This document shows positions 1-12,500 of a stretch of DNA of 64,000 nucleotides, piece by piece (the stretch's first letter is position 1; every line of letters begins with the position of its first letter). The translations under genes and the position numbers were made by a program. The notes below the pieces were generated by a model. It was not told where the DNA came from, searched no databases, and was given only the letters and a program-made list of their open reading frames with translations. This DNA is from Antechinus flavipes (Eukaryota): NCBI RefSeq assembly GCF_016432865.1, contig NC_067403.1, positions 35,278,001 to 35,342,000 of the forward strand, read 5' to 3'.

Positions 1-309
1 AGCTCAGGTTAGTTAGAATGAATTTGTAGGGAATCCAGTCAGCCCCACTGATTTTTCTCATTGCTGCTCTTCGGTCTGAGAGTCAGAGCAGAAAAAGTAG
101 TGAGCATTACTTAGTACTGGGTGCTAATGAAGTGGAAAAGGTGGACAGCTCAGAGCATGACAGAAATGGTTAGATCCAGCCTAAGGAGGAAGGCAATCAA
201 GGCAACATGAGTGGTGGATGAACAGAAAAGATTGGAAGTTGTGTGTTTGGAAAAGGGATTTTCAAAGTTAACTGAAAGAAATAATGATAAAAGTGCAATC
301 CTTGTCCTA

Positions 310-400
310 AATGTCGATATCTGTGTGAGCTTACACTTCTTGGGAGTCTCAGTTTTCTTATCTATACAATGAGGGGCTTAGATTATATTATCTAAGATTC
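310..400 (+). mobile_element. MIR/MIR3-type CORE-SINE fragment
   Basis: Degenerate core ...gagtctcagttttcttatctatacaatgagggg followed by MIR3-like tail; boundaries approximate. Confidence 0.5.
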
Positions 401-984
401 TTTCTCATTTCTATCATTTTTGTAAGATTCTTTTATTTTATGGTTTTCTATTTTCTATGATTCTAAATAGTTAATCTGACTCAGGCATTAGCCTCTGCTC
501 TGTGCCCTTTTCTGCTCCTGGTATTCCATGTGCCTTTATAAATCAGTTCCATCTATATTCTACTCAACAGAAACCACTCCAAAGACTTTCTATTCACCTT
601 CTTTCCTCTCTGCTTTTTTGAATTGGCCTTAATCCTCACTTTAATGAAAAGATTGAGACCATCACAAGGGAACTAATACAACTTCTCCTCTTCTTTAAAA
701 ATATCTGCAGCTGTCTTCTCCCTCCTTTTGCTCTTGTCTCTGAGGATAATGTGCTGTACTTCAAATGACTCAACTCTCTACTTTTACTCTTATTTCCATG
801 TCCTCCCGCTTTCTGAAAAACCTTCTTTCATCAATTTTTGGCTACCTATCTGTCTTGTATCTTCAGTCCCTCACTTTTATACCAGCATCTTTTCTGTCTA
901 TGTACATATTTAATTCAATAGGAAAAACAACCAACCATCACCACAACAAAAACCACCCTACACTGAATAATTGCTTTGTGTAGA

Positions 985-1135
985 GAATACTGGAGTTGAA
1001 GCCTTTGGTGCAAATCCTGCCCTCCGTCTATCTGTGTGATCATAAGCAAGTCATTGAAGCTCTCTGACTTCTTTCTCATCTGGAAAATGGGAATCTCCAA
1101 TGAGATAAGGGGCTGTGTAACTTTAAAGTACTGTG
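985..1135 (+). mobile_element. MIR-type CORE-SINE fragment
   Basis: gcaaatcctgcc...tgtgtgatcataagcaagtcatt...ctcatctggaaaatggg resembles the MIR core. Confidence 0.55.
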
Positions 1136-1384
1136 CATATTTTTCAGTTCCCTCATAATACTATAGATATCATTTCCTTATCAATAACAACAATAATGTT
1201 CAAAATCTTAAAGTTATCTTGGGATTACCTGTCTCCCATGGATCCTTCAGTATCCATTCAATATGGGTCATCCAGGAATCTTATTTCTATATTGGCTCAA
1301 GAAGGAATGTAGAGAGATGAGCTGTCATCATCACCTGAGGATGCATAAAACATCCCTCCTCACTCCCGAGTTGGGATCCCCCTT

Positions 1385-1590
1385 GTTACTGTTCAGTCCT
1401 TTCTGACCCTTTATGATCCCATTTGGAATTTTCTTGGAAGAAATACTGGAGTGGTTCATTATTTCCTTCAGCTCATTTTACAGATGAGGAAACTAAGGCA
1501 AATTGGGTTAAGTGATTTGTCCAGGGTCATATGGCTAGTAAGTGTCTGGTGGCAAATTTGAACTCATGAAGATGCATCTTCTAACTCCAA
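1385..1590 (-). mobile_element. Mar1-type marsupial CORE-SINE (RTE/Bov-B-like tail)
   Basis: Reverse complement of the Mar1 tail (ttttcttggaagaaatactggagtggtt) joined to the core cattttacagatgaggaaactaaggc...gggttaagtgatttgtccagggtca. Confidence 0.75.
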
Positions 1591-1879
1591 ACTCCAAACA
1601 GGTAATGTACTCAGATGCCCTGAATTACTCCTCACCCAAGAGCCAGCTGCTCGGGGACCTATAGCATCTTACCCCATACTTCACTGCCAAAAAAAAAGGT
1701 AGCCCTTTTCCTTTCCAAGACGGATATATCTTTGTGTGCCTTTAATACAATCCCCATCTTTCTCAATACCACCTGAGAGAGCCCTAACTTCTATCAAAGC
1801 CTACTCAATTGCTTCTTACTATATATAGCTTTGACTTCTTTTGATCCCCATAAAATTATCTTGTATTTACTTTTCCATG

Positions 1880-2190
1880 TAATTTGCATTTACTCTTATC
1901 TTTTGTTTTTAATCTCTCCTTATCTTCCTTCCCTCCTGCCTACAAATATACACAAGTCTCCTCATATTTCAAATAAAAACGTTAAAGTCTGTCACCAGCT
2001 ACTAGTATGTTCCTTATCTCCTTCTGTCCTGTTCACAGCCAGAATCACAGAAAAAGGAATTTCTAATCAATGCCTCAGTTTCTTTTCTTTCCATTCCCTT
2101 TTTGCCCCTTAGAATTGGGTTACAACTCCACTTGCTACAGAAATTATTCTTTCTGAGGTTACAAATGATGTCTCAAAATTACTTAATTCT
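1880..2190 (+). mobile_element. L2 LINE ORF2 (reverse transcriptase) remnant
   Basis: Frame reads LFTARITEKGISNQCLSFFSFHSLFAP*...ATEIILSEVTND, resembling the L2/CR1 RT segment FTAKLLERVV.NQ...HSLLDP.QSGFR..HSTETALLKVTND. Confidence 0.65.
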
Positions 2191-3429
2191 ATCTCCTTTG
2201 GATAGAATATATGTTCAGTCTACTAAGTATGGACATTTTAAAAGATTCTGTTTCCTTAGAATAATTTGTTTCTATGCAGATAATTCCCAAACCCATATAT
2301 ACAGTCGTGGTGGGTAATAGATGAAATAAAGAGGAAACAAAGGTTTGAACCCCAACACATTTTAATTTATCAAGCAATGCATCCAATTGCCTCATAAATG
2401 TAGACCAGTAGCCTTCCTCAGATTTGGCATTAGATCCTAACTATAGGGAGAGACAGACTTTTATACATTAAAAACCATTAATCAAATAAGACAAATTAAT
2501 TAGAAGAAAACAAGCATGATGCAACATTAGGTGATCTGATTTCTAATTGGAAGAAAGATTCAGGATTTTCCAAATTGGGAGGGGAAGAATTGCTGACTGA
2601 AAATCCTTGAAATCATTACACAAATGAGGTGTCCCATTCTCCAATGTCTATATTCCGTGATAGGAACATGGAAACAATAATTGAATGATCAATACAAGAC
2701 CAGTTTTTAGATAAGACATATGGATTGCTCCAGATGCATAATGGTGAAAAAACTCCTTAAATCAAGCTTCAGATCTTACCACATCTTTGATCAGAATGAT
2801 CTAAGTTTTCAATTAAAGGTCTAAGCAATAGGTAGAGGTGTTCCAGCTTCCCACCCGTGCAGGATAGGTTCAAACAATATAATAAGGTTCCCCCAAAAAA
2901 ATCCCATAGGTTTTCTCACAAGAGAAAAATGTGGACTAGACCCATAATAGAAAGGGAATTGAGCTATCAGAACTTAGTCATAAGATAAAGTGAGTGTGGT
3001 TCACTCTGGTTCCCACAATTGAGCACAATTGCCATCTTAATCCCTTTAATACATTTTCACTCTTGAATTCCATTCTTTTTCACCAACTATCTGCTAGATA
3101 TCTACATCTTGCAGTACTGTTGTTATCTGCAATTTTATACAATAAAATTAGAACTCACTCTCCTTCTTCCTGACCCTTCTTCAAGCTTATATTTTTTCCT
3201 TTGAAAATATCACCATCATTCAATTCACTGAAAATTATCCTTCATTTTCCCCTCTCCTTCACCCCAAACATTTCCAATCAGTTGCAGAGAGTTATGGACT
3301 CTTTGCATCATCTCTCACATTTCTTTCCTTCTATCCCTGTAGAAACTATATTAATATATCACTGCTCAACTGTATAATAGTCTCTTTCTGTTCCTTCTTC
3401 CAACCTACCACCTCTCTAATTTATTCTCT

Positions 3430-3950
3430 TTAGCTTTTTCAGTTGTATTGATATTTTGTCTTTACATTTACAGGCTACCTCCATTCCACAAAGTATTTTG
3501 GAGCAATTTGATTTTTCAACAATCAAATTAAACTAATTAAATAGTGACTATAGTGACTTCATCTGAAAGTACATACATCATTTCACATATGTAGCACCCT
3601 CCATTTATTATTAATGAGCAGAAATCTATTTTCTCTCTTTCCCACTCCTACTTCCTTGTGGAGGGGGAGGAAAGAGTGAAAAAGAAAAATAAATAACTAC
3701 CTCATGACAGATATGCATAATCAAAAAATTCCATTGGCACACATGCACATTTTATTTTGCATCTCGAATTTATTTCTCTGTCAAGTGGTGAATAATATGT
3801 TACATCACTGGTGTTCTAGGACTATAGATGGCCATTGTATTGGTCATACAACTTTCAAAGCTGCTTCTCTTCACAGTGTTGCTATTGTACAAATTTGTGT
3901 CCTGGTTTTGCTCATCTCATCCTCCATCAGATTAAGTCCTTATTTTAGAC
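3430..3950 (-). mobile_element. Old L1 3' region, antisense
   Basis: Typical antisense marsupial L1 3' sequence (tgttgctattgtacaaatt...cctggttttgctcatctca). Confidence 0.55.
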
Positions 3951-3983
3951 TCCAAATAACTACTAAATTAATGTCTTTAAAGT

Positions 3984-4111
3984 TTAAAATTTAAAATTAA
4001 ATTTAAATTTAATATTTTAAATATTAAAACTTATTTTAATTAATAAATTGAAATTTTAAAATTAAAAAAATTAAAATTATTTAAAAATAAATTTTAAAAA
4101 ATTTAAAAATT
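3984..4111. repeat. Almost pure A/T low-complexity tract, degenerate (TTTAAA/TTAAAA)n
   Basis: About 128 nt with only one C and one G. Confidence 0.9.
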
Positions 4112-4224
4112 CTCAGACTGTCACCTGCTCAAGTATTACCAATGGCTCCATACTGTCCTTCCTCTCAACTACAAACTCCTCAAGCTTTTGCCTTTGTGCT
4201 TAGCATATTGTCTTACATGTAGTA

Positions 4225-5530
4225 AAGTCAATAAACATTTACTAAGCACCTACCATGTGCCAAGCACTGTTATTTGTACTAGAAGTCCAAAAAGAGACAA
4301 AATACAAGAGACAGTTTCTGCCCTGGTGGAGTTTACAATCTATTGGAGAAGACAACAAACAAATAAATACGTACAAACAAGCGATATACAGAATAAATAG
4401 GAAATAATTTTAAAAGGGAAAGAAATAAGATTAAAGCTTTCTGTAGAAGATGGTATTATTAAATGATACTTAAAGCCAAGAATACCAGGAAGCAGAAATG
4501 AGGAAGATCATTCAAGACATGGAGGAAAGCCAGACAAACTTCCAGAGCCAAAAATTGTTTGTTTGTGGAACAGCAAAGGGATGAATGTCACTGAATGGAA
4601 GAGTATGTGGTGAGGAAGGAGGTGTAAGACTAAACAGACTGAGGGAAATGCTAGGTTCTGAATGCCAAACAGGAGATCTTAGATTTGACCTTGGAGATGA
4701 TAGGGAATCATTAGAGTTTAATAAGTGATGAGACTAGACTTGTGATTTAGGAAAAATCCCTTTGGTGGCTAAATCTGGGAGATGGTTTGGTATGGGGAGA
4801 AATTGAAGCAGATAGAGCCACCAGCAGGTGGAATCACTAAGCCTTAGCAACAAAGTGAACATGGGAGGGGCAAAAGTAGTGTGGAATCAAGGATGATACC
4901 TAGATTGCTATTCTGGGGTTCTGGGAGGAAGGCAATGTCCTTGACAATAACAGGGAAGTTTTATTTTGCAAATTTTGCTTGTTGAAGTAGCTGCTGCTGC
5001 TGCTGTTTTTTTGGGAGGATGTGAAGAACTGAACAAGAAAGACAATGTACATTTTGAGTTTAAAATGTCTACTGACATCCTATTTGGATATCTGAAAGGT
5101 GATTGGAGATACAAGACTAGAGGTCAGCAGAGAGGTTAGAGTAGAATAAATATTTTTGAGAATCATCATCATAGAGACGACAAATTTATGTGAACCAGTG
5201 AGATCACCAAGTGAAGTAGCATAGCGTGAGAACCCCATGGCACACCTTCAATGAAGAGGATGAAACCTGGATGAGGATCCAGCAAAGGGTTCTAAGGGTC
5301 AGTCTGGTAGGTCAGAAGAGAAACAGGAGAGAGTAGTGTGTCCCAAAAACCTAAAGATAAGAGTATCAATGAGATGTCAAAAGAATGAGGATTAAGAAAA
5401 GGCCAATAAATTTGGCAACTTATGAGATCATTGATAGATTTGGAGACAGCAGTTTTGATGAGCTAGGCTAGGAAAGGGTTAAAAAGAGAATAAAGGGAGA
5501 AAAGGTATATCTATTGTACTGGGCCTTCTC
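4225..5530 (-). mobile_element. L2 LINE 3' portion, antisense
   Basis: Begins with the L2 tail complement agtcaataaacatttactaagcacctaccatgtgccaagcactg and continues in purine-rich L2 antisense sequence. Confidence 0.7.
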
Positions 5531-6199
5531 AAGGTTGGTTCTTAATAAATGTGTGAATTGTAGTTCTATTGATTCTATCTTCAAATTTCTCTCTCTATCA
5601 TCTGTTCCAGCATTCTCTCCACTGAACAACTACAATAGCCTTTGAAATAGTTTCTTTGTTTTCAATTATCATTCTAACTACCACTGTCAGATTGAACTTC
5701 ATAAAACAAAGGAGTTATCAAGTCCTTCCCCTCATTTGAAAATTTTCATTAACAGCTGAATCAAGTCCAGGCTTTGGAGACCAGCATTCAAAACCCTGGA
5801 CAACATGGCACCAGGGTTATTGCTGTCACCTACTCTCTGATACATATCATGTACCACACCCACACTGAACTTCTCTGTTGCTCAAACATGTTCTGTATTT
5901 CTTATGCATGTATCTCTTTTGACTGCATTCCCTCTTCCTAGAATATCTATTCTCCTGCTGCCCATCACTGCTTATTGGAATCTTACCCATCCTTGAAAAC
6001 TCATCTATCATGCTTAAATCCCTGGTTAATGGTGTGAAGCAGAGTGAGAATGATGATAACTTCTATATGTCTCTAAAGATTTTATTTGTATTAATTGTCA
6101 AAATGTGTAGGTTTCAACATCTACCTCCCCAGGGAGTAGTGCAGTCCTAAGTTTAGAGCATGGAACATGGACCTTGAAATGTAGAAGTAAAACCATAGC

Positions 6200-7180
6200 T
6201 GAAAATTTGGAAAACTCTCCAGTGTCCATGTACTTTAGGGTTGGTTATCGATATAATATCAAATCTAAAACTACCACTACTAGGCATGGATTCCAAAAGA
6301 GATTTATGAAAAAAGGAAAAGACCTGTATGTATAAAAATATTTATAGTAGCTTTCTTCTCAGGGCAAAAAAATGGGAACTGAGGGAAGGTCCATCAACTG
6401 GGGAATGGCTGAATAAATTGTGGAATAATATTGTTCTATGGGATATGATGAGTAGGATGCTCTCAGAAAAAATGGACACCCTCTATGAACTCAAGCAAAA
6501 TGAAATGTACTGTATACCAAATAATAGAAATGTTCTGGGATCATCAGATATAAATGACTTTGTTATTCTCAGCAGTACACTGATCCACAGCTACTCTGAA
6601 GGACTCTAAAAAATTCTCTCCATATCCAGAGAAGGGAATGATTGTCNNNNNNNNNNNNNNNNNNNNNNNNNNNNNNNNNNNNNNNNNNNNNNNNNNNNNN
6701 NNNNNNNNNNNNNNNNNNNNNNNNNNNNNNNNNNNNNNNNNNNNNNNNNNNNNNNNNNNNNNNNNNNNNNNNNNNNNNNNNNNNNNNNNNNNNNNNNNNN
6801 NNNNNNNNNNNNNNNNNNNNNNNNNNNNNNNNNNNNNNNNNNNNNNNNNNNNNNNNNNNNNNNNNNNNNNNNNNNNNNNNNNNNNNNNNNNNNNNNNNNN
6901 NNNNNNNNNNNNNNNNNNNNNNNNNNNNNNNNNNNNNNNNNNNNNNNNNNNNNNNNNNTCTTTTCTCTGTCTGTCTTGAGGATTTGGGGGGTTTTTTAGG
7001 GAGGGAAATCTGTGTTTTCTTTTACATCATGAGTTTCATGAAAATATTTTCCACAACTTCTTAATTGGGGCTGGAGGTGGGAATAAGGGGAAGAATCTAG
7101 AACTCAAAAGTTTAAAAAACAAATATAAAAAAAATTTAAATGTAACTGGGGAGAAATATTAAATGAATTAAAGAAAAAGA
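6200..7180 (+). mobile_element. Degenerate L1 ORF2 C-terminus + 3' UTR, interrupted by assembly gap
   Basis: ORF 6328-6609 contains AKKWELREGPSTGEWLNKLW, resembling the L1 ORF2p C-terminal motif (W....CPS.GEWLNKLW); G-rich then A-rich 3' end after the gap. Confidence 0.75.
6647..6958. other. Assembly gap (312 N)
   Basis: Run of N. Confidence 1.
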
Positions 7181-9899
7181 AGATTTTCCTGGGACAAGAT
7201 AAGTAGATGAAGGAAGAGTTATAACAAAAAAATGGCCAAGCTAGTGACCTCTATTAGGAAGGATCCACCTACACCCTAGAATCTTGCACTTATAATTAAG
7301 GGCTAGAGAAGCAAGTTTCAGGGGACTGAGATATTGTAGCCTGAAAAGTTAAAAGAACATGAGAGCTGGATACAAAATAACAAAAGTTGAGGGTTCAACC
7401 TTGGTCTAAATATTACACAGTAGGGAAAAAAAGCTAAGCGTGGTAAACCTAATGATCCATAATTGATACTTAGGATAGGCATTAAATTATAAGAACTTGG
7501 CAGCATGTAAAGCTTTCATCCATTTCTTTTTCTGTTATTGCAACAGACACACGTATACACACTAATTCTCAAATATAACTTCTATTTTCCCCCTATATAC
7601 ATACTTTCCCCTTTGAATATATATTTTTTCCTTTCAAAACTCTGAAGAATGTTCCTTGCAGGAAAAAAGGGAAAATGCAGAAGAGAAGACTCTTCAGTGG
7701 GGGATTAAAGAATGGAGAAAATGAGAAATGAAGTTTTAAAATGGCAAAAACCCAGAAAAGCCATTTGGGGATGGCTGACACAAAACTGAATCAGAGACAC
7801 AGATTGCTAGGGGTGAGAGTGGTAGATCCTTTCTTGCCAAAATCTAAATTTCATGATGACAACACAGAGTTAGTTTTTTAAAAAATGATTATTTTGAATA
7901 ACAATTTATATGGTGCTTTATGATACAGGGAACAATATACAGTTTACTTCATTTGATTCTCATACTTCTCCTGTGAGGTAGCTAGTGAAAATTATCCTCA
8001 TTTTAAAGATGAAGAATCAGGCTGAAGGGTTAAATGACTGACCCAAAGTTATTCATCAGGTATATATTCAAGTCCAGGATTGGATCCCAGATTTTCTAGG
8101 TCCAAGTTTTATTTGCTGTTTTATCATAAATTTATTAAAATCTTGGTAAATTTCTTCAACTAGATTTCATCTTTCTTCTTAAGCCTAGTAGCACTCTGCA
8201 GCTCTATCACAGCATTATATTCTGAACAGCTTCATATGATTTCCCCACTTGTCATCCTCACTCATCCCACAATTCCAATTACCTAAATGCAAAGAGTATA
8301 TCTTAATGACTAACCAAGCAGCCACGAGGATACTTTGTGCAAAATTGCAAAATTTTGATCCAATTGCATTGTGAAGGTAGAAGTTGAAATCCATCTTAAA
8401 TTAAAAAAACAGCTGGATTATCTTGGATTTTGTTTTCATGTGCTATTTGTGGCCCCTTGGTCACATGCATCATCAAGAGCTGATTGTATGACACTCACTG
8501 ACAGACTATTCTTTAGTCCCCAGCCAACAAATTAGGGTTTTAGAATAACCACATGAAAGATAGAGAACAATTAAACAAAGCTTTCAGAAGCAGTGAGGGA
8601 AAGATTCAGGTTAGGATTATACTGTCTCAAAGAAGAAAGTTGGTTTAATTCCCAATATACTCAGGGCTCTAGGGAGTATCCAGAGATATGTCAGGTCTCT
8701 GATGCTACCTCTTCTTTTCAAGAAGCACAAAAAAAGTAGAAGTTATCTCTCTAGGGGATTTTTAATTCAGCCTGTAGAAAAAAGCCTATGGGTAAATGTT
8801 ACAGGACCTCAGTTTTTCTGAAAGTAAGTTTTTGAGGACCTAGAATAAACCAGATAAAATGAAGACATCTTTTCTATTTTTCAGTCTTATAAATTGAATA
8901 ACTCTTTCAAACAATATGCATCTACCTCTCCCAGGAACGCTAGTATTCATAGTCAAGCTCAGCCAAAAAAATTCCCCTGCTTCTGTATTAAAAAAAAAAA
9001 AATTGGCTTTTGACCGCATTGCCATTTTGGAATTCTTTATAGCAGTGGGACCACATTAACGACTAGTGCTAAAAATTAATGAGGTTTTTATCTGGAAATC
9101 ATAAAATACCTTGGCATGCCTTTGAATATGCAAGCTTTGCCATAGGAACAAATCCCATTTTATTTCCTGAATTCTTCGAGGATTATTTTGGATCAAGAAA
9201 TGTTGGCTTTCCCATGGCTAAGATCTGAAGCATCATCCACACTGATAATGTACAATTGAATGCATTTAGCATTCTGGGAGGAAAAAGGGATGTCAACAAC
9301 ACATGGACAAGAGATCTCCCAAGCAGTGTGACAGCTTTCATTAACATCACCAGCTGATGAAGTGAAGTTCATGTATAAAACATCAGAGAACACTGGAAAG
9401 TCTAAGCCAGGACTGAATGCAAATGATAAATGGGCAACAAGGAATAGCAAGGCAGGAACCTGTTCTAAGCAAGGGATGAGAGCGGTGGCCAAAGAATCAG
9501 CCATTTCAAGGGCTTTGTTATCTGTAGTGACCGAGCACTCAGGTGTTTCTAAAAGGGTTTTATCTGGTTTAAATGGCTCTTGAATAATATAAGTGGGCTT
9601 TTCTTTTTTTTTTTTTTTTGCCAGAGAATGACTGAGACAGTGGGTGGAATACAGCAATTTATTTTGTCTTTCTTAGCAAATCCCCAAAAAGAAATTTTGT
9701 AAAAATAAAAATGGATTTTCTGCCTTTCTGGACTTAACACATCTCATGACCCCATTCTTCCTTCACCTATAAGTCCTAGTACACAAATCAGCATGTTTCC
9801 AGACTGATTGACTATTGCTGGCATCTCATCTTTCTGCCACCATGTGTAGCCTGGAGGCAAGGGATTAAGACCTCTTCCTTTTTCCTTTGCAATATTCTT

Positions 9900-10623
9900 T
9901 TTTTATAATTTATTTATTTATTCTTTTTTCCCCCTTTATTAAAGCTTTTTTATTTTTCAAAACATATGCATGGTGGCTAGAAACTGGAAAATGAATGGAT
10001 GCCCATCAATTGGAGAATGGCTGGGTAAATTGTGGTATATGAATGTTATGGAATATTATTGTTCTGTAAGAAATGACCAACAGGATGAATACAGAGAGGC
10101 TTGGAGAGACCTACATGGACTGATGCTAAGTGAGATGAGCAGAACCAGGAGATCATTATACACTTCGACAACAATATTGTATGAGGATGTATTCTAATGG
10201 AAGTGGATTTCTATGACAAAGAGACCTAACTGAGTTTCAATGGATAAATGATGGACAGAAACAGCTATACCCAAAGAAGGAACACTGGGAAACGAATGTG
10301 AACTATTTGCATTTTTTATTTTCTTCCCGAGTTATTTTACCTTCTGAATCCAATTCTCCCTGTGCAACAGGAGAACTGTTTGGTTCTGCAAATATGTATT
10401 ATATCTAGGATATACTGCAATATATTTAACATATATAGGACTGCTTGCCATCTTGGGGAGGGGGTGGAGGGAGGGAGGGGAAAAAACGAAACATAAGCGA
10501 ATGCAAGGGATAATGTTGTAAAAAATTACCCTGGCATGGATTCTGTCAATACAAAGTTATTATTAAATAAAATAAAATAAAAAAAAACATATGCATGGAC
10601 AATTATTCAACCTTAGCCCTTGC
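9900..10623 (-). mobile_element. Short 5'-truncated L1 3' end (antisense, about 100 bp of own sequence) split by a younger L1
   Basis: 16-bp TSD cctttgcaatattctt at 9884-9899 and 10624-10639; T-rich tail at 9900-9930; minus strand reads ...catgcatatgttttgaaaaataaaaaagcttt, like the end of the L1 at 13858-14227. Confidence 0.8.
9974..10583 (+). mobile_element. 5'-truncated marsupial L1 (ORF2 C-terminus, 3' UTR, A-rich tail)
   Basis: Encodes ARNWKMNGCPSIGEWLGKLWYMNVMEYYCSVRN...MLSEMSRTRR (L1 ORF2p C-term); 15-bp TSD aaaacatatgcatgg at 9959-9973 and 10584-10598; insertion at TC/AAAA. Confidence 0.93.
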
Positions 10624-10739
10624 CCTTTGCAATATTCTTGTAAAACAATATGCAACTTTTTATTTTTAAATAATTTTGCTCCCAAACATAAATAATAAGT
10701 TCATATTATAAAGTTCTTTAAGGTTTATAAGTCAACATG

Positions 10740-11220
10740 CATTTTATTAATGGCTCTAAATGGTGGAGATACAAAGCAAGACCATAATGATCCATGTCCT
10801 TAAGGCAGGAAAAACATCATGCAAATGAATATATCCAAACAGGATATATACATGAGGAATGGGGCAGATTCATGGAGAAAAGGTGCTGACATTAGGGAAT
10901 ACCAGGATTTCCTCTTGCAGAAGGTGAAGGGAACCCAGAAAATGCAATGAGGAGGGAAAATGTTCTATGCATGAGAGACAATGGGAGGAAATGCACAGCA
11001 TCAGGAGTCGGAGCATCCAGCAAGGAAGCCAGGATTATTGGATCACAGCCTTCAAGGAAGGGAGGAAAGTGTAAGAAGCTTAGAGAGGTATAAAGGGAGA
11101 GTGGTTTCCTGTTTGATCATGGAGGCAATAGGGAGCCACTGGAATTTTTGCATAGAGTGAGGAGAGGGAGCAAAAGGAAGAATTAGTGACATAGTCAAAA
11201 CTGTGCTTTAGAAAGAATAT
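10740..11220 (-). mobile_element. L2 LINE 3' fragment, antisense
   Basis: ggtggagatacaaagcaag...gatcatggaggcaatagggagccactgga typical of antisense L2. Confidence 0.55.
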
Positions 11221-11229
11221 AACTAGCTA

Positions 11230-11483
11230 ATAACAATAGCTAACATCTATATTGCACTTATTCTGTGCCAAGCCCCAATTACAGTGAATATCACATTTGA
11301 TCTTCACCATAATTGGGATGTAGGTGCTATTATTATCATCCCCATTTTTCAGATGAGGAAACTGAGGCCAATGGAAGTTATAGGCTCAGGATCATACAGT
11401 GTACCCATCTGGAGTCATATTTGAACTCTGGACTTCCTGCCTCCAAGTCCAGAATTCTACCCCTTGCACCACCTAGCTGCCTC
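11230..11483 (-). mobile_element. Near full-length MIR-type CORE-SINE
   Basis: taacaatagctaacat...ccccatttttcagatgaggaaactgaggc...tttgaactctggacttcctgcctccaagtcc...ccacctagctgcctc. Confidence 0.8.
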
Positions 11484-11834
11484 CTTGATAGTCAAGTGTG
11501 AGATGCTCAGAGCCATAGCAAGGAAATAGAATAAGCGTTATTCTCACTTGATGGGATTCCTATTATCACCCAAATATTATTATTGACTAGATGAGGAGAC
11601 TTAGGCTGACAGGTACTTGTCATGGCCAAAGTCACACAATGTGTTAGCTTGGATTTGAACCCTTATCTCCCAGTTCCAAATGCATCCTCTTCTTACTGTC
11701 CCAGATAGTGGATTACAATTTTTAAGTGACTTTTTGGTAATGTATAGAGGTTTCATCAGCTATTTCAGGCCTTGATCTTTCTAGTTTCTCTTTATTTTGC
11801 CTGACTCTCTTCTTCTAGATTAAGGATTCTTTGT

Positions 11835-12030
11835 CCCTATTATTATGGGACACCTTCCCCACTTTGGCAGTCTTGTTAAATCCCTCTCAGACTAATTACT
11901 TTAAATTCATAATTTAAACTCATAAATGTTAAATTTCAGATGAAGGTTGGTGAGTATAAAGATACCATCTTTTTTACCCATCAAAGTCCATGGAATCCCT
12001 GAAATATATCCATGGATCCTATGTTAAGAT
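11835..12030. mobile_element. hAT-Charlie type non-autonomous DNA transposon remnant (MER103/MER5-like)
   Basis: ctttggcagtcttgttaaatcc...gtccatggaatccctgaaatatatccatggatcctatgttaaga resembles this family; name from memory. Confidence 0.45.
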
Positions 12031-12251
12031 CTTCATCTTGATCATGTTCCTAGTGTCTATCCGTCCACTATTCCTCTCTCAGTTGAATGCTAGATCAAGT
12101 TTTAAATTTATAGCTTTATACATTTGGCTCAATGAGGCTTTTAGGTGACTCAGTTATCAGCAGTATCACCTTTTGTTCTACCTAAGCCCCCAATCCATGC
12201 CCTCCCCAAAATCCTTCTCCTAGACCTATAAGGAGTTTTAGCCACATTGTT

Positions 12252-12500
12252 CATCCTATATTCATACACTGTTGATCTCTGAAAGACCTTTCCCTATTCT
12301 GATCAACAAGATTTTCTCCTGTAGGGTATCTGCTCATCCTATATTCATATACTGTTGATCTCTGGAAGATCCTTCCCTTGTCTAATCAACAAAAATTTCT
12401 CCTGTAGAGTATCTGCCCATTCTATATTCATACACTGTTGATCTCTGGAAGACCCTTCCCTATTCTGATCAGCAAAAATTTCTCCCATGGAGCATCTGGC
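12252..12500. repeat. Minisatellite, 3 x 83 bp
   Basis: Units start at 12252, 12335 and 12418 (cat[c/t]ctatattcata[c/t]actgttgatctctg...); about 87% identity between units 1 and 2. Confidence 0.95.

Noticed and set aside
8771-8823. 53-nt pseudo-exon (ttcag| ... AAA|GTAAGT) with in-frame stop
   Set aside because: Such site pairs are abundant in long introns, the pyrimidine tract is weak, and there is no expression evidence.
9193-9657. Longest N-free ORF (154 aa, minus strand)
   Set aside because: No recognisable homology, runs through a poly(T)/poly-Lys tract, no splice or promoter context; plausible by chance in 64 kb x 6 frames.
12252-12500. CRISPR-like array
   Set aside because: Units are similar along their whole length with no unique spacers, and the DNA is mammalian.
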